A stretch of DNA of 63,224 nucleotides, counting the filler, from an uncultured bacterium (GTDB taxonomy: Bacteria > Hinthialibacterota > Hinthialibacteria > Hinthialibacterales > Hinthialibacteraceae), in NCBI GenBank assembly GCA_964449065.1. It is 14 parts of 14 records of this genome, joined end to end, with 100 filler letters (N's around TTAATTAATTAA, not from the genome) between each part and the next. Parts side by side here need not be neighbours in the genome. Positions count along the whole stretch, not along the records: positions 18,481 to 22,943 come from CAYVAZ010000379.1; positions 23,044 to 27,503 come from CAYVAZ010000380.1; positions 27,604 to 32,063 come from CAYVAZ010000381.1; 11 more parts are not named here. One strand, given 5' to 3'. Within the stretch, counting starts at the first letter, position 1; each line of letters starts with the position of its first letter. Positions 20,134-29,322 of the stretch are shown piece after piece. The translations under genes and the position numbers were made by a program. Under the pieces are notes generated by a model, which was not told the origin of the DNA, made no database searches, and saw only the letters and a list, made by a program, of their open reading frames with translations.

Positions 20134-20183
20134 GGTAGAAAAAGACCTCCGGGTTTTGCTGACCGCTAAGGGGATAAGTAATC

Positions 20184-21074
20184 ATGGTGCAGGTTCAGCG
20201 TGCTCCGAATGCCGATGATGTCCGGTTTGGTGCGGGGCATATCTTATTTGTTGAGGGAGACACTGCTGTATCTTTTGATCCCGCTGTTTTGTCTGAATTC
20301 TTACCTTCCCAGTTGCTTGTTGAGCCATTAGGACCATCTTTTCATGTGCAAAGTGCGGCTCAAGCCTTACACAAGCATCACCCATATTATTATTTCTTGA
20401 TTGACCGTGATCATCATTCCGATGATGAAGTCGAACAATCCTGGAAAAACTTCCCCGACCCAAACACTTCCAATTTACTAATCTGGCGTCGGAGAGAAAT
20501 CGAGAACTATTTTTTGATCCCGAACTATCTACTTCAATCAAATTGGCTCAAAGCAAACTGTACGGAAGAAAAACTTCGGAACACAATTCAGAAAGAATGC
20601 CAAGCTCGATTGTTTCTTGATATTGCCAATCAAGTAATTGTTTCAATTCGTGAAGACTTCAAGGAAAAGTGGATCGAAATATTTACGGATGTAGCAAAAT
20701 TCAAGTCAAAAGAAAACGCTTTGGTTCAGCTGGATCAAATCACGGAGTTTGACACATTCAAAAAGCGGGTATCCGGCAAGACATCTCAAAAATCTTTGAA
20801 AAAAGCATTCCATGATTTGCTGAATGAGTTTACCGGTGGTGATGAAACAGTGCAATTCGAAAAGGGCACATGGCTTAAACGGATTCGTGGTAAAAAAGTA
20901 TTGAATGCCGTCGTCAACCAATGTTGTAAAGTTATGGATAGCGACGATAACGAAATTACAGGCAAAGAAAAAGTGAAAGAGGTAGTGAAAGATTTGTTGA
21001 GACAAGATATCAACAGACAGCCGGATGACTTCCAAAAACTATATCAACTGATCAATGGCCGGATACGAAGTTGA
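20184..21074 (+). CDS. TOPRIM/DUF4435-like protein partnered with the ATPase
   Basis: LFVEGD, FLIDRD, REIENYFL, RGKK. Confidence 0.75.
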   Translation: MVQVQRAPNADDVRFGAGHILFVEGDTAVSFDPAVLSEFLPSQLLVEPLGPSFHVQSAAQALHKHHPYYYFLIDRDHHSDDEVEQSWKNFPDPNTSNLLIWRRREIENYFLIPNYLLQSNWLKANCTEEKLRNTIQKECQARLFLDIANQVIVSIREDFKEKWIEIFTDVAKFKSKENALVQLDQITEFDTFKKRVSGKTSQKSLKKAFHDLLNEFTGGDETVQFEKGTWLKRIRGKKVLNAVVNQCCKVMDSDDNEITGKEKVKEVVKDLLRQDINRQPDDFQKLYQLINGRIRS

Positions 21075-21228
21075 TTGCGGATTTAGTGATTCTAGATATC
21101 CCTCTTTAACAACCTTGCCCAAAGCCTCACGGCCGGTTGGCAAGGGGAAGGTTTATCTCCCCTTGTCGATCATCCCATCCCGGTTCAGACAAAAAAGAAG
21201 CAACGGTTCTGGTGGTAGGTTGATGGGG

Positions 21229-21393
21229 TTATTTCGATTGCGGTTCCTTTTTCTTAAGGCTGACCACTTTATGCCCGCTTTCCCATTGTTTCTTCATCAT
21301 ATCGCGCAGCATTGCCTTATAATCCCCATTATAGGATTCAAGAATCTCTTTTCTTGCTTGCCGAACTTCATCGACTATCGGGTCATTCGTCAT
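21229..21393 (-). CDS. Small putative antitoxin (DPIVxEVR family) downstream of the PIN gene
   Basis: Below the ORF-track cutoff. MTNDPIVDEVRQARKEILESYNGDYKAM... (54 aa), overlapping the 3' end of the PIN gene. Confidence 0.7.
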   Translation of the reverse strand: MTNDPIVDEVRQARKEILESYNGDYKAMLRDMMKKQWESGHKVVSLKKKEPQSK

Positions 21394-21877
21394 GGTTTTC
21401 TACTCCAAACAGTTCAAGCGGAGTGCAAATATATGGCAGAGAGTATCCCGCTTCGCTTACTATGCAACTGATTTTGCGAATGATTTCCGCGTTCGCGATA
21501 TGGGTGCAGTTCCATGTCATCAGATAATCGACTCCGTGTATGGATGCAACCGCAATATGAGCTGCATCAGCAGCCGCTTTAGCCGGAATCATTCCGCTAT
21601 CAATAATTATATCCGATCATTGAAGCATTTCATCATCAATTTCGATAATTTCGATCCCGAATACCGCATTCATTCTTCGTTGTGCCGCATCTGAATCTCC
21701 GCGGTTTGCTTCTTCGATGACCAATTCGGAAATGTAAAGTTGATAATATTTTTTACGTTGCTCCCACCATTGGCGTGTTGCTTCCTGTTTTCCGGCTATC
21801 AATACATCGTTTGAAGGGCGGGCAGTCAAAAAACTTGGGATTGTAGTTTCTAAGTAAACAGAAGTTTTTTCACTCAT
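21383..21877 (-). pseudogene. vapC: PIN-domain (VapC-like) toxin interrupted by one in-frame TGA at 21617-21619
   Basis: VYLETTIPSFL...ISELVIEEA.RGD*...DAAHIAVA...DYLMTWNCTHIAN. The two track ORFs lie in the same frame. Confidence 0.85.
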
Positions 21878-22145
21878 CTAATGTCCATAAATAGTTTCAT
21901 TATAAGCGGGTCAAAATCCAGTCTACGTTAGAAGAGACAGGGGGCAAGGGGAAGTATCATCTCCCCTTGCAGATTATCTTTGATATAGCGCTTTGCCGAT
22001 CAATTAAAGACAGTGATTCGTGATGAGTGACAAGTGTTTATTGCAGCGATTTCAAAGGCCAGTCTTTTTTTAACACCCCAATTTCAGAAATGAGGCTGGG
22101 GTGTTGCAGATTTCTGTGAAATCCGCATTATTTGGATAAAATTAA

Positions 22146-22433
22146 CTACCGCTTTCTCCAATAGCCCGGCCGTCTGCGTTGATGGGCAACCGCTACAATC
22201 TCAATGGAATCCTCATTGATCCTGTAAATGATACTGAATGGGAAATGATTTAATTCGAATTTATGAGTGTTTTTGATATGGCGTTTCCAGCGGGTGGGAG
22301 ATTCCTGAATAACCCGGATCGCCCATGATATTTCAGTCGTGAATGCTCTTGCTGCGATATGGCTGCGCTCATGATACCATGCTTGGGATTCCATCAGTTC
22401 CTCTTCGGCATCCGGATGGAAGTATACCTTCAA
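22146..22433 (-). CDS. RelE/ParE-family toxin
   Basis: FHPDAEEEL...WY, FPFSIIYR, IVAVAHQRRRPGYW. Confidence 0.92.
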   Translation of the reverse strand: MKVYFHPDAEEELMESQAWYHERSHIAARAFTTEISWAIRVIQESPTRWKRHIKNTHKFELNHFPFSIIYRINEDSIEIVAVAHQRRRPGYWRKR

Positions 22434-22669
22434 GATGTTTCTTCCAATTTACGGTGAAGCTTGCTTTTGACTTCTTCCCAGGGGATGAGTTCCACTTCAC
22501 CTTTTTCGAGTTGCTCAACCCGGTGCTCAATTTCTTTTGCCCATGCCGCTTCGATGTCTGGACCGGGTTCACCTTCGATGCTTTCCAGCAAAAGCCCTGC
22601 TAAGGCGGCGCGGTCATTTTCGTTCAGTTCCACCGCTTCATCAAACAGGTCTACGACTGTTTTTGTCAT
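22430..22669 (-). CDS. Addiction-module antitoxin (TIGR02574-like)
   Basis: L...DRAALA..LLESI...AW.KEIEHRV......IPWEEVK. GGAG RBS before ATG 22669. Confidence 0.88.
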   Translation of the reverse strand: MTKTVVDLFDEAVELNENDRAALAGLLLESIEGEPGPDIEAAWAKEIEHRVEQLEKGEVELIPWEEVKSKLHRKLEETS

Positions 22670-23043
22670 GTTTTTGCTCCAAAGATATTTTACGCAAGTA
22701 TATACGAAATGTAATCGTTGAAAAAGTATTTTTGTGTAGTATGGCCGGTTACTCAAGAGAATTATTATCTTCCCATGCCGATCAATTAAAAACAGTGATT
22801 CGTGATGAGGGACAAGTGTTTAGTGCAGTGATTTTAAAGGCTTAAATGAGTACAGTCAATCCACCATTTTGAAGCCCCCTGAAATGTCAGCGCCGTCAGC
22901 AAGCATAAGGAATCCGAAAACGTATTCACCCTCCATATACGTANNNNNNNNNNNNNNNNNNNNNNNNNNNNNNNNNNNNNNNNNNNNTTAATTAATTAAN
23001 NNNNNNNNNNNNNNNNNNNNNNNNNNNNNNNNNNNNNNNNNNN

Positions 23044-23193
23044 CGGGTTCGTGGTCCTCAAAAAGATCGATTAAAAATCCCCGTTTCTATTCGCCTAAAT
23101 CCTGAAGTTGTTGAATACTTCAAATCGCAAGGAAAAGGTTGGCAATCACAGATAAACAATATTCTCCGTGAGTATATAAAATCTCATTCTTAG
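23044..23193 (+). CDS. brnA: BrnA antitoxin C-terminus (partial)
   Basis: Hand translation RGPQK...KIPVSIRLNPEVVEYFKSQGKGWQSQINNILREY. Confidence 0.85.
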   Translation, partial: RVRGPQKDRLKIPVSIRLNPEVVEYFKSQGKGWQSQINNILREYIKSHS

Positions 23194-23256
23194 AAAAATT
23201 TCGATTCATACAAAATTAACTCCGCGAAATCCCCGGTGCACTCTGCGTTTCTTCGG

Positions 23257-24564
23257 TCAATTTATCCGTTTCCGCAGCCGGTTCAGCACATCCGTCACCA
23301 ACCGCTTTTGCGCGGATGCTCCATGGCCTCTCGTGTTGATCCGCTCGGTCTGGAAAGATTCCGTCTCAGAGCCGGTCGTGACCCACACAAAGCCGCGGCC
23401 GTTTTCTTCCTGCACCTCCGAAACGGCAACCGCCCAGTCGCTCCCGGTCATTCTGCATATTTGCTTTGCCATTTCAATCGTAGATTCTTCCGAAACTTCT
23501 TTTGACTGGATTGAATCTTGGTTGGTGTTCAATAGTTTCAACATCCCCGCGTGATTGGGGGAAACCAATCCGCCCAAATAGACACCGTTATCGTTTGCGG
23601 ATTCCCCCAAAGCGGCGGCAATAGCGCCGTCACTGCCGATCTCAGCCAATGCGATGGATTCGCCGCGCTGCTGCAACAACTGCAAGATATGCGCTTCCAG
23701 CGTTGAGCCGTCATTGGCATAAAAGAACTCGCTGATGTGCGAAAGCAATTCCTTCTCCAACACCTTCAATCGTTGATGATCCTCTTCCGTATCATGCGGC
23801 AGCGAAAAGGTTACATCTACCCGCCCCATATCAAACTTATATTCGGTCATCAAATCTTCGGGCAATACCATCTCTGTTTGGATGGTATGATCGATGCTTG
23901 ATTCTCCGATTCCAACAAAGCGCATTTCCAGCGACGCCCCAACCCTACGGATTCCAAAACGTCCGGCAAGGTAAGGCACCACTTCCTCCTTCAATATTGC
24001 CTGTAACTCACGCGGCGGCCCCGGCAGACATATCACCACTTCGCCGCCATCATCAAAAACCAACCCATAAGCGCTGCCGACTGAATTCTTCAAATACGTC
24101 CCTTTTATAGGCATGTAGGTTTGTCGAACAAGATTATCCCGCAACTCCTCTTTCGGAGTACGGAAGCGGTTAGCCATTCTTTCCAGAACATCATCGTTAA
24201 TCTCAATCGGAATTCCCGTGTATTTCGATACGGTTTGTCGCGTAATATCCGCCGGAGTCGGCCCCAACCCACCTGTTACGATGATAAACTCACCATGATC
24301 CGAAGCATACTTCAACGCGTCCAGCATCGCTTCTTCCGAATCGCCCACACTGAGTGAAGCCACACAACGGCACCCCAACGGGTTCAACGTGCTGGTGATG
24401 AACTGCGTATGCCCATCGGCGTAGATTCCCTTCAGCAGTTCGTTCCCGGTGATAACCAATACATACGGTGTGGGTTCCTTATTGGTTTCCAGCTCTTGGC
24501 TTAAAACCGGAAAGGAATCAAAACCGAATACGAGAATGAGGATGAGCAAAATTTTTCGGATCAT
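23257..24564 (-). CDS. cinA: CinA-like protein (MoCF-binding plus PncC-like domain) with an N-terminal signal peptide
   Basis: TGNELLKG, TGGLGPTPADITR, LPGPPREL, GIGES. Confidence 0.85.
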   Translation of the reverse strand: MIRKILLILILVFGFDSFPVLSQELETNKEPTPYVLVITGNELLKGIYADGHTQFITSTLNPLGCRCVASLSVGDSEEAMLDALKYASDHGEFIIVTGGLGPTPADITRQTVSKYTGIPIEINDDVLERMANRFRTPKEELRDNLVRQTYMPIKGTYLKNSVGSAYGLVFDDGGEVVICLPGPPRELQAILKEEVVPYLAGRFGIRRVGASLEMRFVGIGESSIDHTIQTEMVLPEDLMTEYKFDMGRVDVTFSLPHDTEEDHQRLKVLEKELLSHISEFFYANDGSTLEAHILQLLQQRGESIALAEIGSDGAIAAALGESANDNGVYLGGLVSPNHAGMLKLLNTNQDSIQSKEVSEESTIEMAKQICRMTGSDWAVAVSEVQEENGRGFVWVTTGSETESFQTERINTRGHGASAQKRLVTDVLNRLRKRIN

Positions 24565-24645
24565 AACAGGGATGTACCTCTCGTAAATATGGAGTGGTTT
24601 GTGGTAACCTACCTTATACCGAACTATAGTATGGAGGATATCAGT

Positions 24646-26208
24646 ATGAAATTGTATAGGGATAGCGTTAGTTTTTTGTTAGTCATGATCTTGGCCGTGC
24701 CCGCCCTGGCGGATGTCAAATTGCCCGTGCTGTTTCAAGACAGCATGGTATTGCAGCGCGGTATGGATATCAACGTGTGGGGCTGGGCGGATGACGGCGA
24801 AGAAGTGGAAGTCACGCTCAATAACCGCACCCGCTCCACCAGTGCGAAAAACGGCAGGTGGCAACTGGAACTGCCGGATATGGACGCTGGCGGCCCCTAT
24901 GTTTTGACTGTGGAAGGCAACAATAAAATCGATATCCACAATGTCATGATCGGCGAAGTATGGGTGTGCAGTGGGCAATCCAACATGCAGTGGCCCATGA
25001 CCCGTATCTTCAACTCGGAACAGGAAATCGCCAACGCGGATTATCCCAAAATCCGCTTGTTCTATGTTCCCCGTATCGCAACCGGAGCGCGGCAAGATGA
25101 TGTTGATGCCCAATGGCAGGAATGCAGCCCCGCAAGCGTAGAAAACTTCTCCGCCGTGGCCTATTTCTTTGGACGTTACTTACACAAAGAGTTAGAGGTC
25201 CCCATCGGGTTAATCCATTCCTCCTGGGGCGGCACACCCGCCGAATCGTGGACGACGATGGAAACGCTGAAAAGCGATCCGGATTATGAACAAATATTGG
25301 AACGCTATGCACGATCCGTTGCGGATTACCATCAACAGTTGGATGGGATCGAGCAAAAGTATATGGACTGGAAAACCCAAGCCGAATATGCCGAATCCAA
25401 AGGCGAACTGGTACCCAACCCGCCGGAAGTAAATTACCCCCGCGACCCGCGCCGCCACGGCTGGCGTCCGGCAGGACTGTTCAACGCGATGATTAACCCA
25501 TTGATTCCCTACGGCATTAAAGGCGCGATCTGGTATCAGGGTGAATCCAATGTCGGGCGCGCCTATCAATACCGCAAACTGTTCCCGGACATGATCACCG
25601 ATTGGCGCGAAGAGTGGGATCAAGGAGATTTTCCCTTCTTGTATGTGCAAATCGCTCCGTACGCCTACCGCCGCGACCCGCTGCCGGAAACCCCATGGAA
25701 ATCCCCCTCGGCGGAACTGCGCGAAGCCCAGCTGATGACACTATCCTTACCCAATACCGGTATGGCGGTACTGACTGATATCTACGAGACCTACGATATT
25801 CACCCGCGCAACAAGCAGGATGTCGGCAAACGCCTGGCTCTCAACGCGTTAAAGATTGCCTATGGTGAAGATGTGATCCATTCCGGCCCCATCTACCGCT
25901 CCATGCGTAAAAAAGATGACGGCATTGAACTGCGCTTTGATCACGTTGGAGAAGGTCTCGAATCGAAAGACAATATGCCTCTGACCGAATTTTGGATCGC
26001 CGGGAAAGACCAGCACTTTGTCGAAGCGGAAGCTGAAATCACGGGCAAAAACACCATCTTTGTTTCCAGCGGTAAAGTGGCTGAACCGCAAGCGGTACGT
26101 TTCGCTTGGGGAGACATCCCCCAACCGAATCTATTCAACAGCGCTGGCTTACCCGCATCCCCCTTCCGCACCGACGATTGGAAAGGCGAAACCGAAGGCA
26201 AATTGTAA
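24646..26208 (+). CDS. Secreted sialate O-acetylesterase (SASA family)
   Basis: MVLQRG, GEVWVCSGQSNM, WGGTPAESW, WYQGESN, DIHPRNKQDVG. GGAGG RBS. Confidence 0.93.
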   Translation: MKLYRDSVSFLLVMILAVPALADVKLPVLFQDSMVLQRGMDINVWGWADDGEEVEVTLNNRTRSTSAKNGRWQLELPDMDAGGPYVLTVEGNNKIDIHNVMIGEVWVCSGQSNMQWPMTRIFNSEQEIANADYPKIRLFYVPRIATGARQDDVDAQWQECSPASVENFSAVAYFFGRYLHKELEVPIGLIHSSWGGTPAESWTTMETLKSDPDYEQILERYARSVADYHQQLDGIEQKYMDWKTQAEYAESKGELVPNPPEVNYPRDPRRHGWRPAGLFNAMINPLIPYGIKGAIWYQGESNVGRAYQYRKLFPDMITDWREEWDQGDFPFLYVQIAPYAYRRDPLPETPWKSPSAELREAQLMTLSLPNTGMAVLTDIYETYDIHPRNKQDVGKRLALNALKIAYGEDVIHSGPIYRSMRKKDDGIELRFDHVGEGLESKDNMPLTEFWIAGKDQHFVEAEAEITGKNTIFVSSGKVAEPQAVRFAWGDIPQPNLFNSAGLPASPFRTDDWKGETEGKL

Positions 26209-26232
26209 CAATCAATTTGATACACATATAAA

Positions 26233-26401
26233 CCTAAAAAAAGCAGTTTATATTGAAAAGTATGCCAAAACTTTTTGAATATAATAGAATTATGAAATGC
26301 GGAGCAGTTGAAAAATAATCACCAAAAGGGTGAGAGCGGTCAATCGTAGAATTTCTTGAATTCGTTTGACTTATCACTCGTCACTAATCACTGTTTTTAG
26401 G
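26233..26401. mobile_element. About 170-bp MITE-like element (family B) with imperfect terminal inverted repeats CCTAAAAA...CAGT / ACTGTTTTTAGG
   Basis: Left end repeated at 45469-45521, right end at 50145-50167. Related CAGTGA..GTGA units at about 22010, 22793 and 31908. Confidence 0.65.
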
Positions 26402-27113
26402 ATAAAACGGAACTTAGGAAACTTTAGGGAGTCAACGTATTGCTAAGTCTAGATGGTGGAGGGGGATAGGGTTGTTATTTTGCTTGCAATGTCGCTCGTG
26501 AATATGCGAATTATTTTTAAAAATTTGGGCGGCATATCCTTGGCAATATTATTGTATAATAATAGGGTGATTCTATCATGAAACTCCGCTTGCCTTCGGG
26601 CGCTGATGCTTTTGTTGTCTATGCCGGGATAACAGCATGGCATTCATCCTGTTTATCCTATTTTTATCCAGAAAATCTTGATGCTGACAGTTTGCGCATC
26701 CCAATAAGGAGAGACAAGCAGCCTTGCCCTATAACCCGTATTCCTCATTTCCCGCGATTTCATCCTAATTCGCTGCGTGAGAAAACGAAATTTTAAGAAA
26801 ATCCTATTGGGATTTTCAAACATTTTTTGGCGGGAGAGAAAGAACTTGCCCTCACATATGAAATTGAATTATCTATTTAATATTATTGGGTTTATGATTA
26901 AAGATGCATTGACCGTAATACAGTATTTTTGAGAGAATCCACCCCGCAATTCCGGGTTTCTTCAAAAAAATGTTATGATTTTGTGAAAGTCCACTTGCAT
27001 CTTTAAGATGATTGGTTAGTATTCTCATTCGCCGCAGCAATCAAGACGGTTTGAAGAAGAAAATCACTTCCAAAAAATCGTGAAAGAAAAGTTAAAAAAA
27101 AGAGATTAATGGC

Positions 27114-27142
27114 TTGACTGCGGTTTTAAATTCGCCTATAAT
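27114..27142 (+). promoter_or_regulatory. rRNA operon sigma70 promoter with an A-rich UP element; boxA-like GTTCTTTGACAAC at 27287-27299
   Basis: TTGACT-17 bp-TATAAT about 310 nt upstream of the 16S start. Confidence 0.85.
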
Positions 27143-27450
27143 TTTCTCTTGCCCGTAAAGGAGAAAGCATATTCCTGAACGGGATTTTTTATCGGCAAAA
27201 TCATATCGGTATCTCATGGAATTGAGAGGCTGGTGGAGTGGGCCGGATAAGAAAATACAGGCAGTAAGGGAAACAGAGTTTTCCTCGTTCTTTGACAACC
27301 GGGTAGAGTAAAAGTTACGTATGCTTAGTTTTCATGCATGGTTTTCATAAACCGTGTATGGGAACCCCAAACAATTAACACGAATAAATCCGAACGCTTA
27401 CAGGAAATTACCTTAAGTAATTACCCATAAAGTGTTCGTTTTCAAACTTT

Positions 27451-27503
27451 TCCACGGAGAGTTTGATCCTGGCTCAGAACGAACGCTGGCGGCGTGGATA
27501 AGG
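27451..27503 (+). rRNA. rrs: 16S rRNA 5' end (partial)
   Basis: AGAGTTTGATCCTGGCTCAGAACGAACGCTGGCGGCGTGGATAAGG. Confidence 0.97.
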
Positions 27504-27911
27504 NNNNNNNNNNNNNNNNNNNNNNNNNNNNNNNNNNNNNNNNNNNNTTAATTAATTAANNNNNNNNNNNNNNNNNNNNNNNNNNNNNNNNNNNNNNNNN
27601 NNNACGTCTCTCCCAAAACCTACGTCTCTCCCAAAACCTATGTCTCCCCCAAAGCATTTGGGGGAGATGTCCGACGCAAGAAGGACAGAGGGGGTGCGAA
27701 GAACGCAATCACTTATTTTATTACACAAATCCCCAGGAATTTTATTAAGTCAATGGCATTGGGGTAGGGGGGATCGACACCCGTCATTTAATCGTTGACA
27801 CTGTACAAGGCTTCGCTTTGAGCCAACCGGCTGCTATCACAAACATTTTTGTATAGACCTCAATTGTCATGTGTCTGTCATGGATGATAGCTGGGTTAAA
27901 CGCAATCAATT

Positions 27912-28538
27912 TTACCTGCGGATGACATCGATGCTTACGATGTATTCTCCTTCATTGTCAGATGAGTAGCCGGGGTAATCCAGAAATGCCAGATAGAGCG
28001 ATTCGGCACCAGACGGAACATATATCTGTTTGCGCTGCCCAATAAGAAAGGGTTGTTTTTGATTGTCAAACAGCCCCACAAGAGCCCCGATGTTTCCCGT
28101 GATTGACCGTACACCCAATGTCTGCTCGACTTGAATTCGGCTGCTGCCGCCGTTCGGGTCGAATACGATAGAAGGAACGGGGACATTGCGGGCGGAACCG
28201 GTGGCGAAGATATCCAATACTTCCCCCCCTTCCAATATCTCTTCCAACACTTTTACGGGTTGATTTCGCTGCCAAGTATCCTTACGGCTTCCGCTGGGAT
28301 GAACAATTTCCGTATCGGATTCGGCATGGGCCAAATAGATATTGGTATAGGCGGGGACGGTAAAAACTTCGGAGTGCAAAAAACCGAATTCTTGGGACGA
28401 ATCCAGGATTTTGGGCGGTTTTAAGAAATCTCTGGGTTCAAGCGGTTTCAGCAAAGCGTTTTGGACGAGTTCTTGCGTTTCACATCCCGCAAATAAAAGG
28501 AATAAAAGGTTGATTAAAATATAAGAATGCTTCATCAT
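27912..28538 (-). CDS. Lipoprotein with a lectin/jelly-roll-like C-terminal domain
   Basis: Lipobox LFAGC. GALVGLF...FLIG...VPSGAESLYLAFLD...SDNEG.Y. Start is uncertain. Confidence 0.7.
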   Translation of the reverse strand: MMKHSYILINLLFLLFAGCETQELVQNALLKPLEPRDFLKPPKILDSSQEFGFLHSEVFTVPAYTNIYLAHAESDTEIVHPSGSRKDTWQRNQPVKVLEEILEGGEVLDIFATGSARNVPVPSIVFDPNGGSSRIQVEQTLGVRSITGNIGALVGLFDNQKQPFLIGQRKQIYVPSGAESLYLAFLDYPGYSSDNEGEYIVSIDVIRR

Positions 28539-28749
28539 ATAGCTCACTTTATGAACGACGTTTTGTCTATATTTGTTTGACTTGTCATTTGTAAGATATC
28601 AGCCGGCCTACGTGAACGTTATCATTACAACCGACGGAAGAGACCCTTCTCACCCAAGATTGGGAAACGACTTCACATGGCTGAACCGAAACATTTATTT
28701 GGTTATAAGTATAGTCCAAAATTTATCAACACAGGAACGCAAACTTCTC

Positions 28750-29094
28750 ATGTCAGTAGAAACTTTACAAGACGGCACGGTATGTATTTTGAAAATCGGT
28801 GAAAATGAGTTGAAGGATGCCCAACCATTCGTTCAAACCATCCAAGCTGCGCTGCAAGAAGGAAATAAATCATTTTTGGTCGATTTGAGTGAAGTGTCCT
28901 ATATCAGCAGTTATGTATTGGGTTCGTTTGTCACCACGTTTCGCAACGTTCAAGAACATAAGGGGGAGTTAAAGTTTGTGAATGTGCAGCCTTGTGTATC
29001 CAATATGTTTGAAATGACCCGCCTAAACCGCATTTTTGAGTTTTTTACTGACCGCGAAACCGCGTTAAAATCATTTCATACCAAATCGAATTAG
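28750..29094 (+). CDS. STAS-domain anti-sigma-factor antagonist
   Basis: VDLSEVSYISSYVLG...V..MFEMTRL..IF. Confidence 0.88.
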   Translation: MSVETLQDGTVCILKIGENELKDAQPFVQTIQAALQEGNKSFLVDLSEVSYISSYVLGSFVTTFRNVQEHKGELKFVNVQPCVSNMFEMTRLNRIFEFFTDRETALKSFHTKSN

Positions 29095-29322
29095 GATTGT
29101 TCAAAACGCAAACCGCGATGTTAATCATCCGCCAAGGCTTATCGTTGCGCATACGCAACAACCAAAAAAAACGGTATAAACATAAACCCATTTCTTCCGT
29201 TAACGATAAACGTTTTCTATCCTATTTATTTTCTTTCCTCCCAGAAATACATCGATTTACCACTTGAAATGCAGGACTGAATTATGATATGGTAATGAAA
29301 TTCTAATTATTTGGAGGATGTT

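Noticed and set aside
21617..21619. Selenocysteine or genetic-code reassignment of TGA
   Set aside because: The position is not a Cys site in PIN domains, and TGA terminates many intact genes here (e.g. gpsA).
26449..27298. Small ORFs or an ncRNA upstream of the 16S gene
   Set aside because: Consistent with the rRNA promoter/leader and an AT-rich spacer; no recognisable RNA family.
27604..27660. 18-bp tandem ACGTCTCTCCCAAAACCT as a CRISPR array
   Set aside because: No spacers. It is a local tandem duplication of the left arm of a REP-like hairpin.
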